Shown here piece after piece: positions 27,080 through 40,155 of a stretch of DNA of 64,000 nucleotides. The notes below the pieces were generated by a model, which was given only the letters and a program-made list of their open reading frames with translations, was not told the origin of the DNA and made no database searches. The DNA comes from the human T2T-CHM13v2.0 reference genome, Homo sapiens. How positions within the stretch are numbered: the stretch's first letter is position 1; every line of letters begins with the position of its first letter. The translations under genes were made by a program, and so were the position numbers. The stretch lies in the NCBI RefSeq assembly GCF_009914755.1, contig NC_060945.1, one strand, 5' to 3'.

Positions 27080-27760
27080 AAAAAACTGTGTATACATATT
27101 CCACAAACCTGTGCAGAGTCTGTAAAAAAACATAAAATTCTAATTACAGGCAGAAGTTAATTCTAACTGAATGGGGAGATAGAGAATGTCCCTTAAGGGA
27201 AGTATAAATACTTCAAATATGTTGATTCTCACAAATTGATATATAAGTACAATAAACTCACTATCAAAATACAAAATTGTTTTGGCCTGAATTGACAAAA
27301 TTATATAAATTTCATTCAAATAATTAGCCTCTGACATATAGTAAGTTAATATGGGGAATGGTCTTGCATTTCCAGATATTAAAATTCTTTATAAAGCTAG
27401 ACTAATTTAAAAAGTTTGGACTCATGCCATGATAGACAAATAGAAATGCACATAAAAATTCAGAATATTCATCTCTAATTCATCATGTTATCCTTGGGAC
27501 ATCTATTATTCATGAGATTCCACCAAAACAACTCCTGTACTTTTCTCGAAATTGAAAGAAAGTATATTATTTATGTATAGTTCAAAAAGGGGCTGTGAAG
27601 AAAAAGTTTGTGTGTAACATAATGTTTTTCCTGTTTTAATAAAAATGGCTTTTAAAAGTGTAGTGAGATATTGATCATTTAATAAATGGTGTTGGGATAA
27701 TTGTGTTGTACTCGAAAATATATTTCAGATGGAATTTATAATTAGATAAAATTTTATAGT
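27080..27760 (+). mobile_element. Ancient L1M(E) ORF2 fragments
   Basis: ATGTTGATTCTCACAAATTGATATATAAG, TTGACAAAATTATATAAATTTCAT, CCAGATATTAAAATTCTTTATAAAGCTA, AATAAATGGTGTTGGGATAATTG. Confidence 0.6.
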
Positions 27761-28970
27761 ATAATAATAATATATCATTAAGCAAAATTAATTAAAAAAG
27801 GATTCTAGGGCAAAGAGCAATGGAAAGTGATTATAAACTCAACATGAGTTTTTAACAAAAAGTAGATGTACATGTCTTCCTTGATATAGGAAAGTCCTGA
27901 TTCTGTAACCATGTTATCTCCTTAGTGGCATCTTTTGAACATTACAAATACACTGGTGTATTGTCCAGCCTACTTCAGTCAGTCAAGGCTTCAATTTGTA
28001 CATGCATAAAGGTATTATGAAATAGGAAAGCAAAAATATTTGCCCAGATATAACAAGAAGATATATGGGGACACAGTGCCCACAGTTCTCGCTCACTGAC
28101 AATCGCCATAGCTGTTTTGATTCTAGATGCTGATGTAAATTTACATCTGTCATCTGGCCTAATTAAGGTCTGATTGGAGGACTCACACAGGATGTGCCTA
28201 TTGTGAAGTCCAAAGGGAATCCACAAACCCTACTTTGGCTCAAATTTTTTTTCTAGATAGACCTGCCTTATTAATAGAAGATGGACTAACTACCATTACT
28301 TTTGCAAACTCAATCAGAAAATTTGAAATATTTTCCTTAAGAAGAAAATGTTACTAAGATAAGAAAAGAGGATATTTTAGGAAAATATTCAGCTTGGGAA
28401 GAATTAAGTGGTTTTAATACCTTTAACATGAATACAAAACTATTTCTATTAAATAAAAATGAAAAAAAGATCATAAGACACTCAACAGAAATTATAAGAT
28501 TAGAAATAAATGAGGAACAATACATTATAATGTTAATAATGCTATGGAAAAATGAATGCTATGGAAAAATGAATCCATTGTCTATACAGACATTCAGAAT
28601 GCAGATGTAAACTATAAAATTTAAAATAAAAAGAGGGAAGATGACAGATACAGAGAACAGCTAATAAACAGCTGAGTGTACTTTCTGAAAAAGATTCCAG
28701 AATAGAGTGACCAAAAGCACAAACTAAACACACAAAAGCAATTTTATAAGCTGTGGATGAGGCATCAGAAGATCTAAATCTGTGTATCAAAAAGAGTTAC
28801 TGCAAACCACATTAAATGAATAGAAAACAGTGAAAGCTAGATATGTGCGGATAAAATGCTAGCTGTTTCTGTTTTTGGAAAGGTCTTTCTTATTGCATCT
28901 TTTAAAAGCTTTATTGAAGTACAATTGTTATATAAAAATAGTACACCTTTAATGTACATTTTCTTCCCTA

Positions 28971-29263
<293 letters not shown>

Positions 29264-29286
29264 TAATGTACACATTTTGATAATTT

Positions 29287-29605
29287 TGTTTGTTTGTTTT
29301 TTGTTTGAGACAGGATCTTGCTCTGTCCCCCAGGCTAGAGTACAGTGGCATGATCATGACTTATTGCACCGTTGACCTTCCTGGCTCAAGCGATCCTCCC
29401 GCTTCAGCCTCCTGCGTAGCTTGGAGTAGCTGGGCCATAGGTAAGCACCACCAAGCTTGGCTAATTTTATTTTATTTTTGTGTTTTGTAGAGATGGGGTC
29501 ACTCTATGTTTCTCAGGCTGATCTTATACTCCTGGGCTTAAGCCAGCCTTTAGTCTCAGCCTCCAACAATTGCAGCAAGATTATAGGCATGAACCCCCAC
29601 ATCCT
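29287..29605 (-). mobile_element. AluJo-like
   Basis: Diverged antisense dimer with CTCAAGCGATCCTCCCGCTTCAGCC. Confidence 0.88.
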
Positions 29606-30691
29606 GCTGATGAGTTTAGATATATGCATACATCCTTAATACCTTAAACCAAGGTACTAAATAGATTCACTACACAATTCTCTTGTCTTTATTTATTGAG
29701 TTTGTTTTTCTTTTTTTTGTTTTCAGTCTTTTTTCCCCCCTTTGGTAAGAATACTTAACATAAGAGTTATCCTCTGAATATATTTTGAAGTGTACAATAC
29801 TGTATCGTTAACTATAGGTACTTTGTTATACACAGTTCTCCAGAACTTATTCATCTTTCATCACAGAAATTTTAAACCCATTGAGAAACAATTATCCATT
29901 TCTTCCAACCTCCAGCCCCTAGCAACTACCTCTTTATTATCTGCTTCTATGTGTTTGATTATTTCAGATACCTCATATTAGTGGAATCATGCAGTATTTT
30001 ATCCTTTTGTGACTGGCTTATTTTACTTGGCTTAGTGTCTTACCTATGTTGCTGCAAATGGCAGAATCTCATTTCTCAAGGCTGAATAATAGTCTGTTGG
30101 GTGTATATACCATGTTTCCTTTACCTGTTAATTCATCAATAGACCCTTGGATTGTTTCCGTATCTTGGCATTTGTGAATAACACTGCAGTGAACATGGGT
30201 GCACAGATATCCCTTTGAGATCCTGGTTTAAATTCTTTTGCATGTATATCTAAAAGTGGGTTCACTGGATCATATTGTAGTTCTATTTTAAACTTTCCGA
30301 GGAACCTCCATGGTTTATCCATAGTGACTGGGAGAGGTAATATTTCACATTTCCATCAATAATGCATAAGAGTTCCAATTCCTACACATCTTCAGCAACA
30401 CATGTTATTTTTTTTAATAATACTTATCTTACCAGGTGTGAAGTGATCTCTTATTGTGGTTTTCATTTGCATTTCCCTGATGATTAATGATGTTGAGCAC
30501 CTTTATGTACTTGGTGCTCATCTGTATATATTCTTTAAATAAAGGTATATTCAACTCTTGTTCATTTTTAAGCAGGTTTTTGTTTTTTTTGCTATTGAAT
30601 CATAAGGGATTCTCGTACATTTTGAATATTAATTCCTTATCAGATAGATTTTTTCTAATATTTTCTCTCATTCTGTAGGATACCTTTTCAC

Positions 30692-31109
30692 TCCATTTTC
30701 TGTTGCCTATAACAGATACCTGAATCTGGGTAATTTATTGTTTTTAAAGAATTCATTTCTTGCAGTTATATAAGCTGAGTAGTCCAAGGTTGAAGGGCCA
30801 TATCTGGTGAGAGCTGGTGGGGACTCTAAAGAGTCCCAAGGCAGTGCAGAGTATCACATGAGGAAGGGAATTGAGCTTGCTAATGTCCTAGCTCAGGTCT
30901 CTCTTCCTCTCCCCATAAGGCCACCAGTTCCACTCCCATGATAACCCATTAATTCATTAACCTATTAATCCATGAATGAATTAGTCCATTAGGAGGGCAG
31001 AGCTCTTATGAGCCAATCACCTCTTAAATGCTCCACCTCTCAGTATTGCCTCATTGGAGATTACATTTCAACATGAGTTACAGAAGGGACAAATGTTCAA
31101 ACTGTAGCA
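30692..31109 (-). mobile_element. MSTB-type LTR nested in L1
   Basis: Same family as 23338-23769; left terminus clipped; ends CAAACTGTAGCA. Confidence 0.87.
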
Positions 31110-31938
31110 CATCTCTTTGTTAAGTTTATTCCTAAATATTTTATTATTTTTGATGCTATTGTAAGTGGGATTATTTTCTTAATTTTGTTTTCAGATAGCA
31201 TATTGTTAGCACATAGGTGTGTACCTGATTTGTGTATATTAATTTTGCATGTTGTAATTTTGCTAAATTTGTTTATTAGTTATAACAATGACTTTCCTTG
31301 GTACTTAGTTTAATGTGTGACATCCTTACTAATCCCTGGTCTCTGACCACTCTTCAACTTCTTTGTTGTGACCCACCATAATGTCCTGTTTTCATTGTAT
31401 TTGAGGTGTGATACTCTTTTTCACTCTGGGGCTTTGCATATCCTGAGCCTTCTATCTAGAAGTTTTCACTACCCTGTTCTTCATACATACCAGATCAATT
31501 TTCCCTGAAGTCCTTCCCTAACAAGAAATATTGGAGTAAGTCACCTATACACATTCCCCATAACGTTTGCAAATACTTTCAAATACTTTACTTCCTTTAG
31601 ATATTATATATCTATTGAGTTACCACCTAGTTCACAACAGACAACATAATTAATATTGAAAGAATGATGTATATTTGTTTGTATATCTATGTCTGGATGT
31701 ATGTGTTTATGTGTGTGTGTATGAGAGAAAGAAAACAGAGACAAAGAGACTATATGTACTATTTTATCCAAGATTATTGGCGGGTGGTGTTATTGTTATT
31801 TTTTTCTTGTTTTTAAACTTTTCTGTGTGTTTCTAATTCTCCTTGATGCACACGTGTAACATTTTATTGAAAATAAGTTACTAAACACTTTGGAAAGAAC
31901 AACCTAAAACAGTTCACCTTCTCTATTTCTTAAGATCA

Positions 31939-32513
31939 GGTGTTCATTTCCTATTGCTGCTATGGCAAATTACCACAAATTTAGTGGCCTAGAATAACAA
32001 ATTTATTATTTACTTCTGAAGATCAGAATACCGAAATGTGTCTCAGGAGCTAACACCAAGGTGTCAGCCGCTTGCTTTCCTTTTTGTAGACTTGTCCTTG
32101 TCCATTTGAAGAATGTTGTTCTTGACATTGTAGAAGTAACATGCTGAATTTTTTGATGGCTACAAACAGAACCGTTTCTAGCATCTAGAGATCGCCACAT
32201 TCCTCGGTTCATGGTTACTTTCCTTCAATTTCACAGCTAGCAATGGCAGGTGGCGTCCTTGTGATGGCGCACCTCTCTAACACTTCTTTCATCTCCATAT
32301 CTCTCATTAACCACAACAAGGAATGATCCTGTTTTTCAGCATTCATGTGATTAGATTGTGCCCACCGGGATAACCGAGGATCTCTTCATCTCAAGATTCT
32401 TAACCTTATTTAGATATGGGAACTCCCTTTTTTGCCATGTAAGGTAACATATTTATAGATTCTGGCAATTAAGTCTTGAACATCCTGGGGGTACCATTAG
32501 TCTGTCTACCATA
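31939..32513 (-). mobile_element. MLT1E-like solo LTR
   Basis: TTTCCTATTGCTGCTATGGCAAATTACCACAAATTTAGTGGC...GCCATGTAAGGTAACATA...CTGTCTACCATA; TSD GATCA (31934-31938/32514-32518). Confidence 0.87.
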
Positions 32514-32718
32514 GATCAGAAATCAGTTTTTCAAATCATTTTACTTACCTTGAAATTCTTAGTAATTGGGGTTCAAATATGGATTTGCAAAGTCTGCAAT
32601 TGGATTTTAATTTTAAAATGTTTAACAGGTGAATATATATATATATAAGGTGATAGAATTGAAAAAAAATCACACTAATTCAAATGTTTCCCTCCCTCCC
32701 TACCTCCCTCCCTCCTTC

Positions 32719-32976
32719 CAGGCTGGCATGAAGTGGCTCAATCTCAGCTCACTGCAACCTCCACCTCAAGGATTGAAGCGATTCTCATGCCTCAGACTCC
32801 CCAGTAGCTGGGGTTACAGGTATGCACTGCCACGCGCAGGTAAATTTTAGGATTTTTAGTACAGACAGGGTTTTGCCACGATGCCCGGCTGGTCTCAAAC
32901 TCCTGAGCTCAGGCAATCTGCCTGCCTTGGCCTCCCAAAGTGCTAGGATTACAGGCATGAGCCACCGTGCACAGCT
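32719..32976 (-). mobile_element. AluJb-like (3' end lost)
   Basis: Antisense Alu with CTCCTGAGCTCAGGCAATCTGCC, preceded by a (CCCT)n tract. Confidence 0.88.
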
Positions 32977-32983
32977 GATTCAA

Positions 32984-33320
32984 TTTTGTTTTTGTTTTGT
33001 TTTGTTTTGTTTTGTTTTGTTTTGTTTTTGTTTTTTGGGGAAGGTGTTTCACTCTCTTTTCTCAGGCTAGAGTGCAATGGCACAATTTTGGCTCACTGCA
33101 ACCTCTACCTCCAGGATTCAAGTGATTCTCCAGCGTCAGCCTCCTGAGTTGCTGGGATTACAGGCGCCTGCCACCGCGCCTGGCTAATTTTAGTATTCTT
33201 AGTAGAGATGGGCTTCACAATGTTAGTCAGGCTGGTCTCAAACTGCTGACCTCAGGTAATCTGCCCGCCTTGACCTCCCAAAGCGTGGGGATTACAGGCA
33301 TGAGCCAGTGCGCTCTGCCC
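32984..33320 (-). mobile_element. AluS with (TTTTG)n tail
   Basis: Antisense dimer; tail converted to a (TTTTG)n microsatellite at 32984-33036. Confidence 0.92.
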
Positions 33321-35426
33321 TAATTTCAAAAGTCATTAAATTGGCTGAAGACAAATTGGGTCTCTCATGTAACAAACAGATCATTTGAAAGTTAATAAAA
33401 GAGGGAGCAATTTATTTTTCATTACTTTTTTGTAAATATATGAAATAATTATTCATTTAATACTTTCATGTTTTGTGATCTTTTCCTATCTCATTTCTTA
33501 TTTAATTCTACAGGGCTGTAATTTCTCCTTTAATTCATCTTTTGTCAGAATAATAATGAGAAATAATTATAAATTATTAAAGGAATCTTGATCCATAGCA
33601 ATTTCAAATCTTCCTCTTTTTTTACTGTTATTTTTATTTCAGAACAAATCATTATGTTTTTTCTAGGTCTAATTATATGTGCATATTTTTCCATAGGATG
33701 TATTAATTTCACTAAATGTTTTATCTTATTGTGTTTGAGATATATTCATTTTTCTCTCTACATTTTCATGACTTACATATGAACTTTTACTTTCTAATTC
33801 AGTACTATGTATAATCATAAAGCCAGGTAACTAAGACATGTTTTCACAAAGAATGAGGGGATATTTGTTAGTTAATGTAGTTTAAAATGGTGCTAAATAA
33901 TACTATGAGTTCAAGATATCTCTAGTGCAGTTAGTCTTTAGAACCATCTACATTTTGTCATAAATGGCATGAAAACAGATTATACGGTGATTTTTATGGT
34001 AGTGAGCTGGAGAACTGATGTATTCTAATATAAATCAATATCTACTTAAAGAGTATTTGATTCCATTGTTGTACAAACAATGATATATAAAATGAAAGAG
34101 AAACAAGACTTCAGAAACCTAGGTTTTAAGATTTCCTAAGTCTATTAGTTGTTAGTCAATTTCCCCATTTATTCTCAGTTTCTTTAGTAGGTAAACGATG
34201 ATATTGATAAGTGATAGTGTATTTTATATTTTATTTATCCCTGCTAGGCTTTCTGTTGTTATTTATTCTGTTTTATCTAGTTTATTCTGGTTATCTAGTA
34301 ACCTTCTCTGCTTGGCTAGTAAATGTCGGACAACCCCTTTCTCTTACATTTATATGCTTGGCCTAGGTAATTTCTTCTACATCTTTAATTGCAATTACTT
34401 TATTGCACTGATTCTCACATTTGTTTCTCTGCTATGTTTGTGCTTATCCCAATCCTTGTGTCCAGTTGCTACCTTGATATTTCTACTATAGTTAGAAGTC
34501 CCAACAGTACCTTACAAGCAACATTTCTGAAATATAACCTATCTTCCTTCTGTTATTCAAAATGTTTACACTTGGTGATACTGCTAGTAGTCAAGGACAC
34601 CACCACTAATTCATACAGCATTCCAGAAACCTAAGTCATTCTTAGAATTCTTTTCCTCATGCCTCTTGTAATCCATAATATCTTTTCAATTTCATTCCTA
34701 AAACTTGTTTGAAAATGTCCACTTTTTTATACTTCCATTTAATCTATGCTAATGTCACCTCTAAGCTGTACTCCTGGCACTTTCTCCAAAATAATCTTCT
34801 CCCATCAACTCTGACTCACTTCTAATCTACTGTCTCCACTGGTGACAGAGTTTTCTTGTTAAAAACTTGATTTTGTGCCACCCTTTTTCAAACCTGGGCC
34901 CATCACCATATTTCCCTAATAAGACCTCCAAGCGTCAGTTGATCAGCCAGACTTCTGCCTTCTAGATGCATCTTTTGCTATTTTCTCCTTAACCTTTTGG
35001 ATTCCAGTCCCAGGGGCCCTTTGATTATTCAGGTCCATTAGCATTTCACACACACTCTAGATAGCAGTACTACCTCTCCTTAAATTAGTTTCTATTCATC
35101 TATCGATTCTTAGGTCAAAAACTACTACCGCAATGAGTGGGAAGTCAGATGATTAATGTCTGCTGTTTACACAGAAACTTGCAGAGATTTACAGCAAGAG
35201 CATAAGTATATCAAGATGACAATAACAACAATGTTTAACATCTAGAAGCCACTTCCAACAAAACCATGTGGAAGGCGGGAGCAAATTGCATAGATGTGGA
35301 CAATGAGATTTGGAGAGTTTACGTAACTTGCTAAAGGTCATGCACCCGGAAAACTTGACAAAAGGACTGTATAGTTAATAACAATGCTGCCTCAGAATCA
35401 GTTTCCTTCCATGTTAATTTATTATT

Positions 35427-35613
35427 TTTCCTTCATTTTCACACCTAGCAACGGCAGGTGGCGTCCTTGTGGTGGTGCACCTCTCTAACACTTCTTTCAT
35501 CTCCACATTTTTCATTAACCACAGCAAGGAATGATTCTGTGTTTCGTCATTCATGTGATTAAATTGTAGCCACCTGGATAACCTAGGATCTCTCTTCATC
35601 TCAAGATGCTTAA
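35427..35613 (-). repeat. Local duplicate of MLT1E internal segment 32219-32403
   Basis: By eye about 19 substitutions plus one 2-bp indel over ~186 bp; same orientation as the donor. Confidence 0.9.
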
Positions 35614-35889
35614 AAACAAGCATGACCTGGGACATGAAATTCTTTGCATTGTTATAGAAATGACAATTCTGCTTAATCAAAAATACAATAAAAATATTTT
35701 TAAAATTGTCTTGTATTTCTCCATGATTTTTAAATTTTGACTAGAAATACTTTATTGTACAGATTTATCATCTCTACTCTGTCATAGATGAAAATGTCAA
35801 TCTATATCTCAGAAAAACTATTCACTATAAAAATAAAATTTCCTATTTTATCTTAATATTTCTTATTGAGTGATAAAATACAGTTTTTT

Positions 35890-36185
35890 TGCTGGGCATG
35901 GTGGCTCACGCCTGTAATCCCAGCACTTTGGGAGGCCAAGGTGGGTGGATCACGAGGTCAGGAGTTCAAGACCAGCCTGGCCAAGATGGCGAAACCCTGT
36001 CTCTACTAAAAATACAAAAAATTAGCAGGGCGTGGTGGCACGCGCCTGTAATCCCAGCTACTCTGGAGGCTGAGGCAGAGAATTACTTGAAACCTGGAGG
36101 GGTGGAGGTTGCGGTGAGCTGAGATCGTGCCACTGCACTCCAGCCCGGGTGACAGAGTGAGACTCCGTCTCAAAAATAAAAAAAA
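35890..36185 (+). mobile_element. AluSg/Sc-like
   Basis: GGATCACGAGGTCAGGAG; TSD AAAATACAGTT (35875/36186). Confidence 0.95.
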
Positions 36186-36257
36186 AAAATACAGTTATCT
36201 TTTAGCTCTCTTGTAAAACTAGTGGTTTGGGCATTTTTAAATTCCAATTATATGCAT

Positions 36258-36925
36258 GGTGAATGATCTCTTTAATGTACTGTTGAATTTTGCTTGCTAG
36301 AATTTTGTTGAGAACTTTTTTGCTGTGTTCATCAGGGATGTTGGCCTGTAATTTTCTCTTCTTGTAGCGTCCTTCTCTCGCTATGATATCAAGGTAATAC
36401 TGGCCTCATAAAACAAGATTGTAAGTATTCTTTCTTCTTCAGTTTTATGGAAGAGTTTGAGATGGATTGTTCTTTAAATGTTTGAGAGAATTCACCTGTG
36501 AAAGTATCAGGTTTTGTGCTTTACTTAAATGGGAGATTTTTTATTACTGATTGAACCTCTTTATGAGTTATTGGTTTGTTTAGATTTTCTATTTCTTCAT
36601 AATTCAGTCTTGATAAGTTACATTGTGTCTAAGAATTTATCAATTTCTTCAACATTAACCAATTTGCAGGCATATAATTTTTCATGGTATCTTGTAATGA
36701 TCCTTTGTATTTATGTGGTTTTGGCAGAATGTCTCCTCTTTCATTTCTGATCTTGTTTATCATCAAAAAGAGTCATTTCTTTTTTATTTACTGTGGATAT
36801 AGGTTGGTTAATTTTGTTTATTTTTTCACAAACCAACTCTTCTTTTGTTGACTTTATCTTTTTTAGTCTCTATTTATTCATTTCTGCTCTGATCTTTATT
36901 ATTTCTTTCCTTCTGCTAACTTTGC
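36258..36925 (-). mobile_element. L1MA-type ORF2 fragment (inverted part)
   Basis: Antisense L1 ORF2: TGGTGAATGATC...TTTATTATTTCTTTCCTTCTGCTAACTTTG. Confidence 0.85.
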
Positions 36926-36949
36926 AGAATTGTGAAGTTTTAACGTAAC

Positions 36950-37520
36950 TGAAAATACCAGGAAACTGAATTCAATAGCATGTTAAAAGAATCATTCACA
37001 ATGATAAAATGGGGTTTATCTCAGGGATGTTTCAACATATGCAAATCTATAAATATGATAAACCACATTAACAAAATGAAGGACAGAACTGTTATTATCG
37101 TCTCTAGATTCAGAAAATGCATTTGACAAAATTCAACATTCTTTCATTATAAAAACTCTCAACATGTTAGTTATAGAAGAAATGTACCTTAACACAGTAA
37201 AGGCCATATATGACAAACCCACAGTTAATATACACAAAAGTGAGAAGTTGAAAGATTTTTATTTAAGACAGGGAATGAGAGAAGGATGCCTACTCTTGCC
37301 GCCACTATTCAACATATTACTAAAAGTCCTAGCCTGAGAAATTAGGCAAGAGATAGAAATAAAAGATCCAAATTGAAAAGGAAGAAGTTAAAGTGTCCCT
37401 GTTTGCATATTAAAGGATCTCTTGGACATTGACAAACATAAAAACTCAATAAAAAACTGTTAGAGCTTATAAACAAATTCACTAAAGTTGCAGAATATAA
37501 ACTGCATACAAAATAGTTTA
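36950..37520 (+). mobile_element. L1MA-type ORF2 (RT region) fragment
   Basis: GCATTTGACAAAATTCAACATTCTTTCATTATAAAAACTCTC (AFDKIQHSFIIKTL), CTATTCAACAT, CTGTTTGCA. Confidence 0.85.
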
Positions 37521-37725
37521 TGATACTTTACCTGGGAAAAATTTTGAATTGAAGATTTGAATGTTGATAATACTCCAAAAATTATTTAGGACTATATATT
37601 GTATTATGCTAAAGAAGAATTATATACAATCATTTATCAAATAATTGCTGAGGACCTACTAGACATCAGAAAATGAGAACAAGAAGACAAAGGTGAAAAA
37701 TGGCCATAGAATTTGGCTGCTAAGA

Positions 37726-38260
37726 TGTAACCTGTAGTTCCCCTATACAAGACAAACAGTTGCATGTAAAGTTAACAAAAGAGTAAAAAATCAAGCTAAC
37801 ACTCCACACTCACTATGGTAATGAAAAGCAACAGCAATACTACTCTGGAATCATATCTGTACAAAGGAACAATATAAAAAGTTATGTCAGTATAAAAATA
37901 AGCCAAAATCCTTCTCTTTGGCTAGCATAAGTGGCAACTGCCTTTTTACCAATGGCAACTCTAGCCCTGCTTCATTCCTCTCACCTTATAGATAAGAATT
38001 ATTTCGATATCCAATTGTTGAATTGCCCCTCTTTTTTGGCAGCATGTTATCCAGAACAAATTGTTGCTTCTTTGAATCCCCTCCGAAATCACTTAATACA
38101 AGTGAAAATCCTATAGCAAGACCCTTCTAACTCTCTTACTGACACATTCTCAATTCCTTTAATGCCATCTCTTCTTTAGTTAAGCAAGTTAATAAGCCTA
38201 GCTTTTTTTTTTTTTAACCAAGTTGTTTTCTAGGTTGTCTTTTGGCACTAGACTTTAACA
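37726..38260 (+). mobile_element. Old ERV1 solo LTR (MER67-like)
   Basis: TG...TTAACA termini with AGATAAGA, AAATCCTATA and TTAATAAGCCTAGC motifs. Confidence 0.55.
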
Positions 38261-39106
38261 ATACTGTGCCAAAAAATAAGTTCAGTGTTGTTGGAACTTA
38301 ATTTTCAACAGAGTTGTATGTGACAATATTGAAAAGGCTAAAAAGGGTCAGTTTATGCAAAGCCAAATAGGCATCATTAACGTTTATTTTCTTGAATTTT
38401 ATATTTATCATATATACATGTTAATTTAGAGAGGTTTCATAATTGATACTTATAGTATATAATATTTAGTTTATATTTTTACTACATATGTATGTAGATG
38501 CAGGCATACATATGGATGTCAGTTCTATTTTTCTTTTCAGTTTTACTAGGGTTTTCTATGTTGCCTCATTCAGCCTTTATGTGTATTTATCTTACATTTA
38601 TTATTTCAATGACAATCAATGTAGCCCTGGGTCTTTATATCGATGTAAGTTTCTACATTTTTTTTTTACCACAGCAATCAACCAATCCAACAGTGCTTCT
38701 GTTTCATGAGTTTGAAACAGGATATTTCATGTCACTTTGGCCACAAGTTGAAAATTACATACTTTAGTCACCAGTGCAGCAGCAGTGTATAACAATATGG
38801 AAGTTCAAAGTTACAAGTATGCAAACAAACAAAATCTGATAGTATAATTATTTCTAATATCTTTTAAAATCTTATATCCTATCTGAAGTTCTGCAGAAAA
38901 TTTGCTAAGTTATGCACAAAGGACTGGGATTCTTACTTCAATTTATCTTAACAATTAGAGTAAAGGGAGTTGAAAATATCACCATCATTAACTAATAAGG
39001 GAAACACTCTGGAAATTGCTTTTTAGGAAGAAATAACATTAGGTTTTTCTGTTCATGGGAACACAGAATTAACAGCATCTTGCTAAATGGCTATAAAGCC
39101 TTAACA

Positions 39107-40155
39107 TATTGGGGGAACCCGCCCCCGATAATTCAACGTGAGTCCTTTTCTATTTTCCCTAAGTGTCGGCTGGTCTGAGAAATAAAGGGAAAGAGTACAA
39201 AAGAGACAAATCTTAAAGTTGGGTGTCCAGGACAGACATCACATGTCGGCAGGTTCTGTGATGCCCCCCCAAGCAGCAAAACCAGCAAGTTTTTATTAGT
39301 GATTTTCAAAAGAGGAGGGAGTTTATGAATAGTGTGTGGGTCACAGAGATCACATGCTTCACAAGGTAATAAAATATCACAAGGCAAATGGAGGCAGGGC
39401 AAGATCACAGGATGGGGTGAAATTAAAATTGCTAATGAAGTTTCAGGCATGCGTTGTCATTGATAACATCTTATCAGGAGACAGGGTTTGAAAGCAGACA
39501 ACCGGTCTGACCAAAATTTAGTAGGCGGGAATTTCCTCATAAGCCTGGGAGCACTACTGGAGAGTGGGGCTTATTTCTTCCCTTATCAACAACCATAAAA
39601 GACAGAGGTCCCCATAGCAGCCATTTTAGAGGCCTACCCCTAGGAACACATTCTCTTTCTCAGGGCTGTTCCTTGCTGAGAAAAAGAATTCAGCGTTATT
39701 TCTCCTATTTGCTTTTGAAAGAAGAGAAATATGGCTCTGTTCTGCCCGCCTCTCAGGCAGCCAGACCTAATGGTTATCTCCCTTATTCCCTGAACATCAC
39801 TGTTATCCTGTTCTTTTTTCAAGGTGCCCAGATTTCATATTGTTTAAACAATTTGGCAGTTAACGCAATCATCACAGGTTCCTGAGGTGACATTCATCCT
39901 CAGCTTACAAAGATGATGGGATTAAGAGATTAAAGAGAGGCATAGGAAATCACAAGAGTATTGATTGGGGAAGTGATAAATGTCCATGAAACCTTCACAA
40001 TTTGTGTTCAGAGATTGAAGTAAAGACAGGCGTAAGAAATTATAAAAGTATTCATTTGGGGAACTAATAAATATCCATGAAATCTTCACAATTTATGTTC
40101 TTCTGCCATGGCTTCAGCCGGTCCCTCCGTTCAGGGTCTCTGACTTCCCGCAACA
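39107..40155 (-). mobile_element. MER11 solo LTR (HERV-K11/HML-8)
   Basis: Reverse complement begins TGTTGCGGGAAGTCAGAGACCCTGAACGGAGGGACCGGCTGAAGCCATGGCAGAAG; 1049 bp; perfect 6-bp TSD TTAACA (39101-39106/40156-40161), typical of betaretrovirus-like ERVs. Confidence 0.95.

Noticed and set aside
28540-28576. Short tandem duplications (17 bp here; also ~24589, 41771, 50479)
   Set aside because: Ordinary slippage products.
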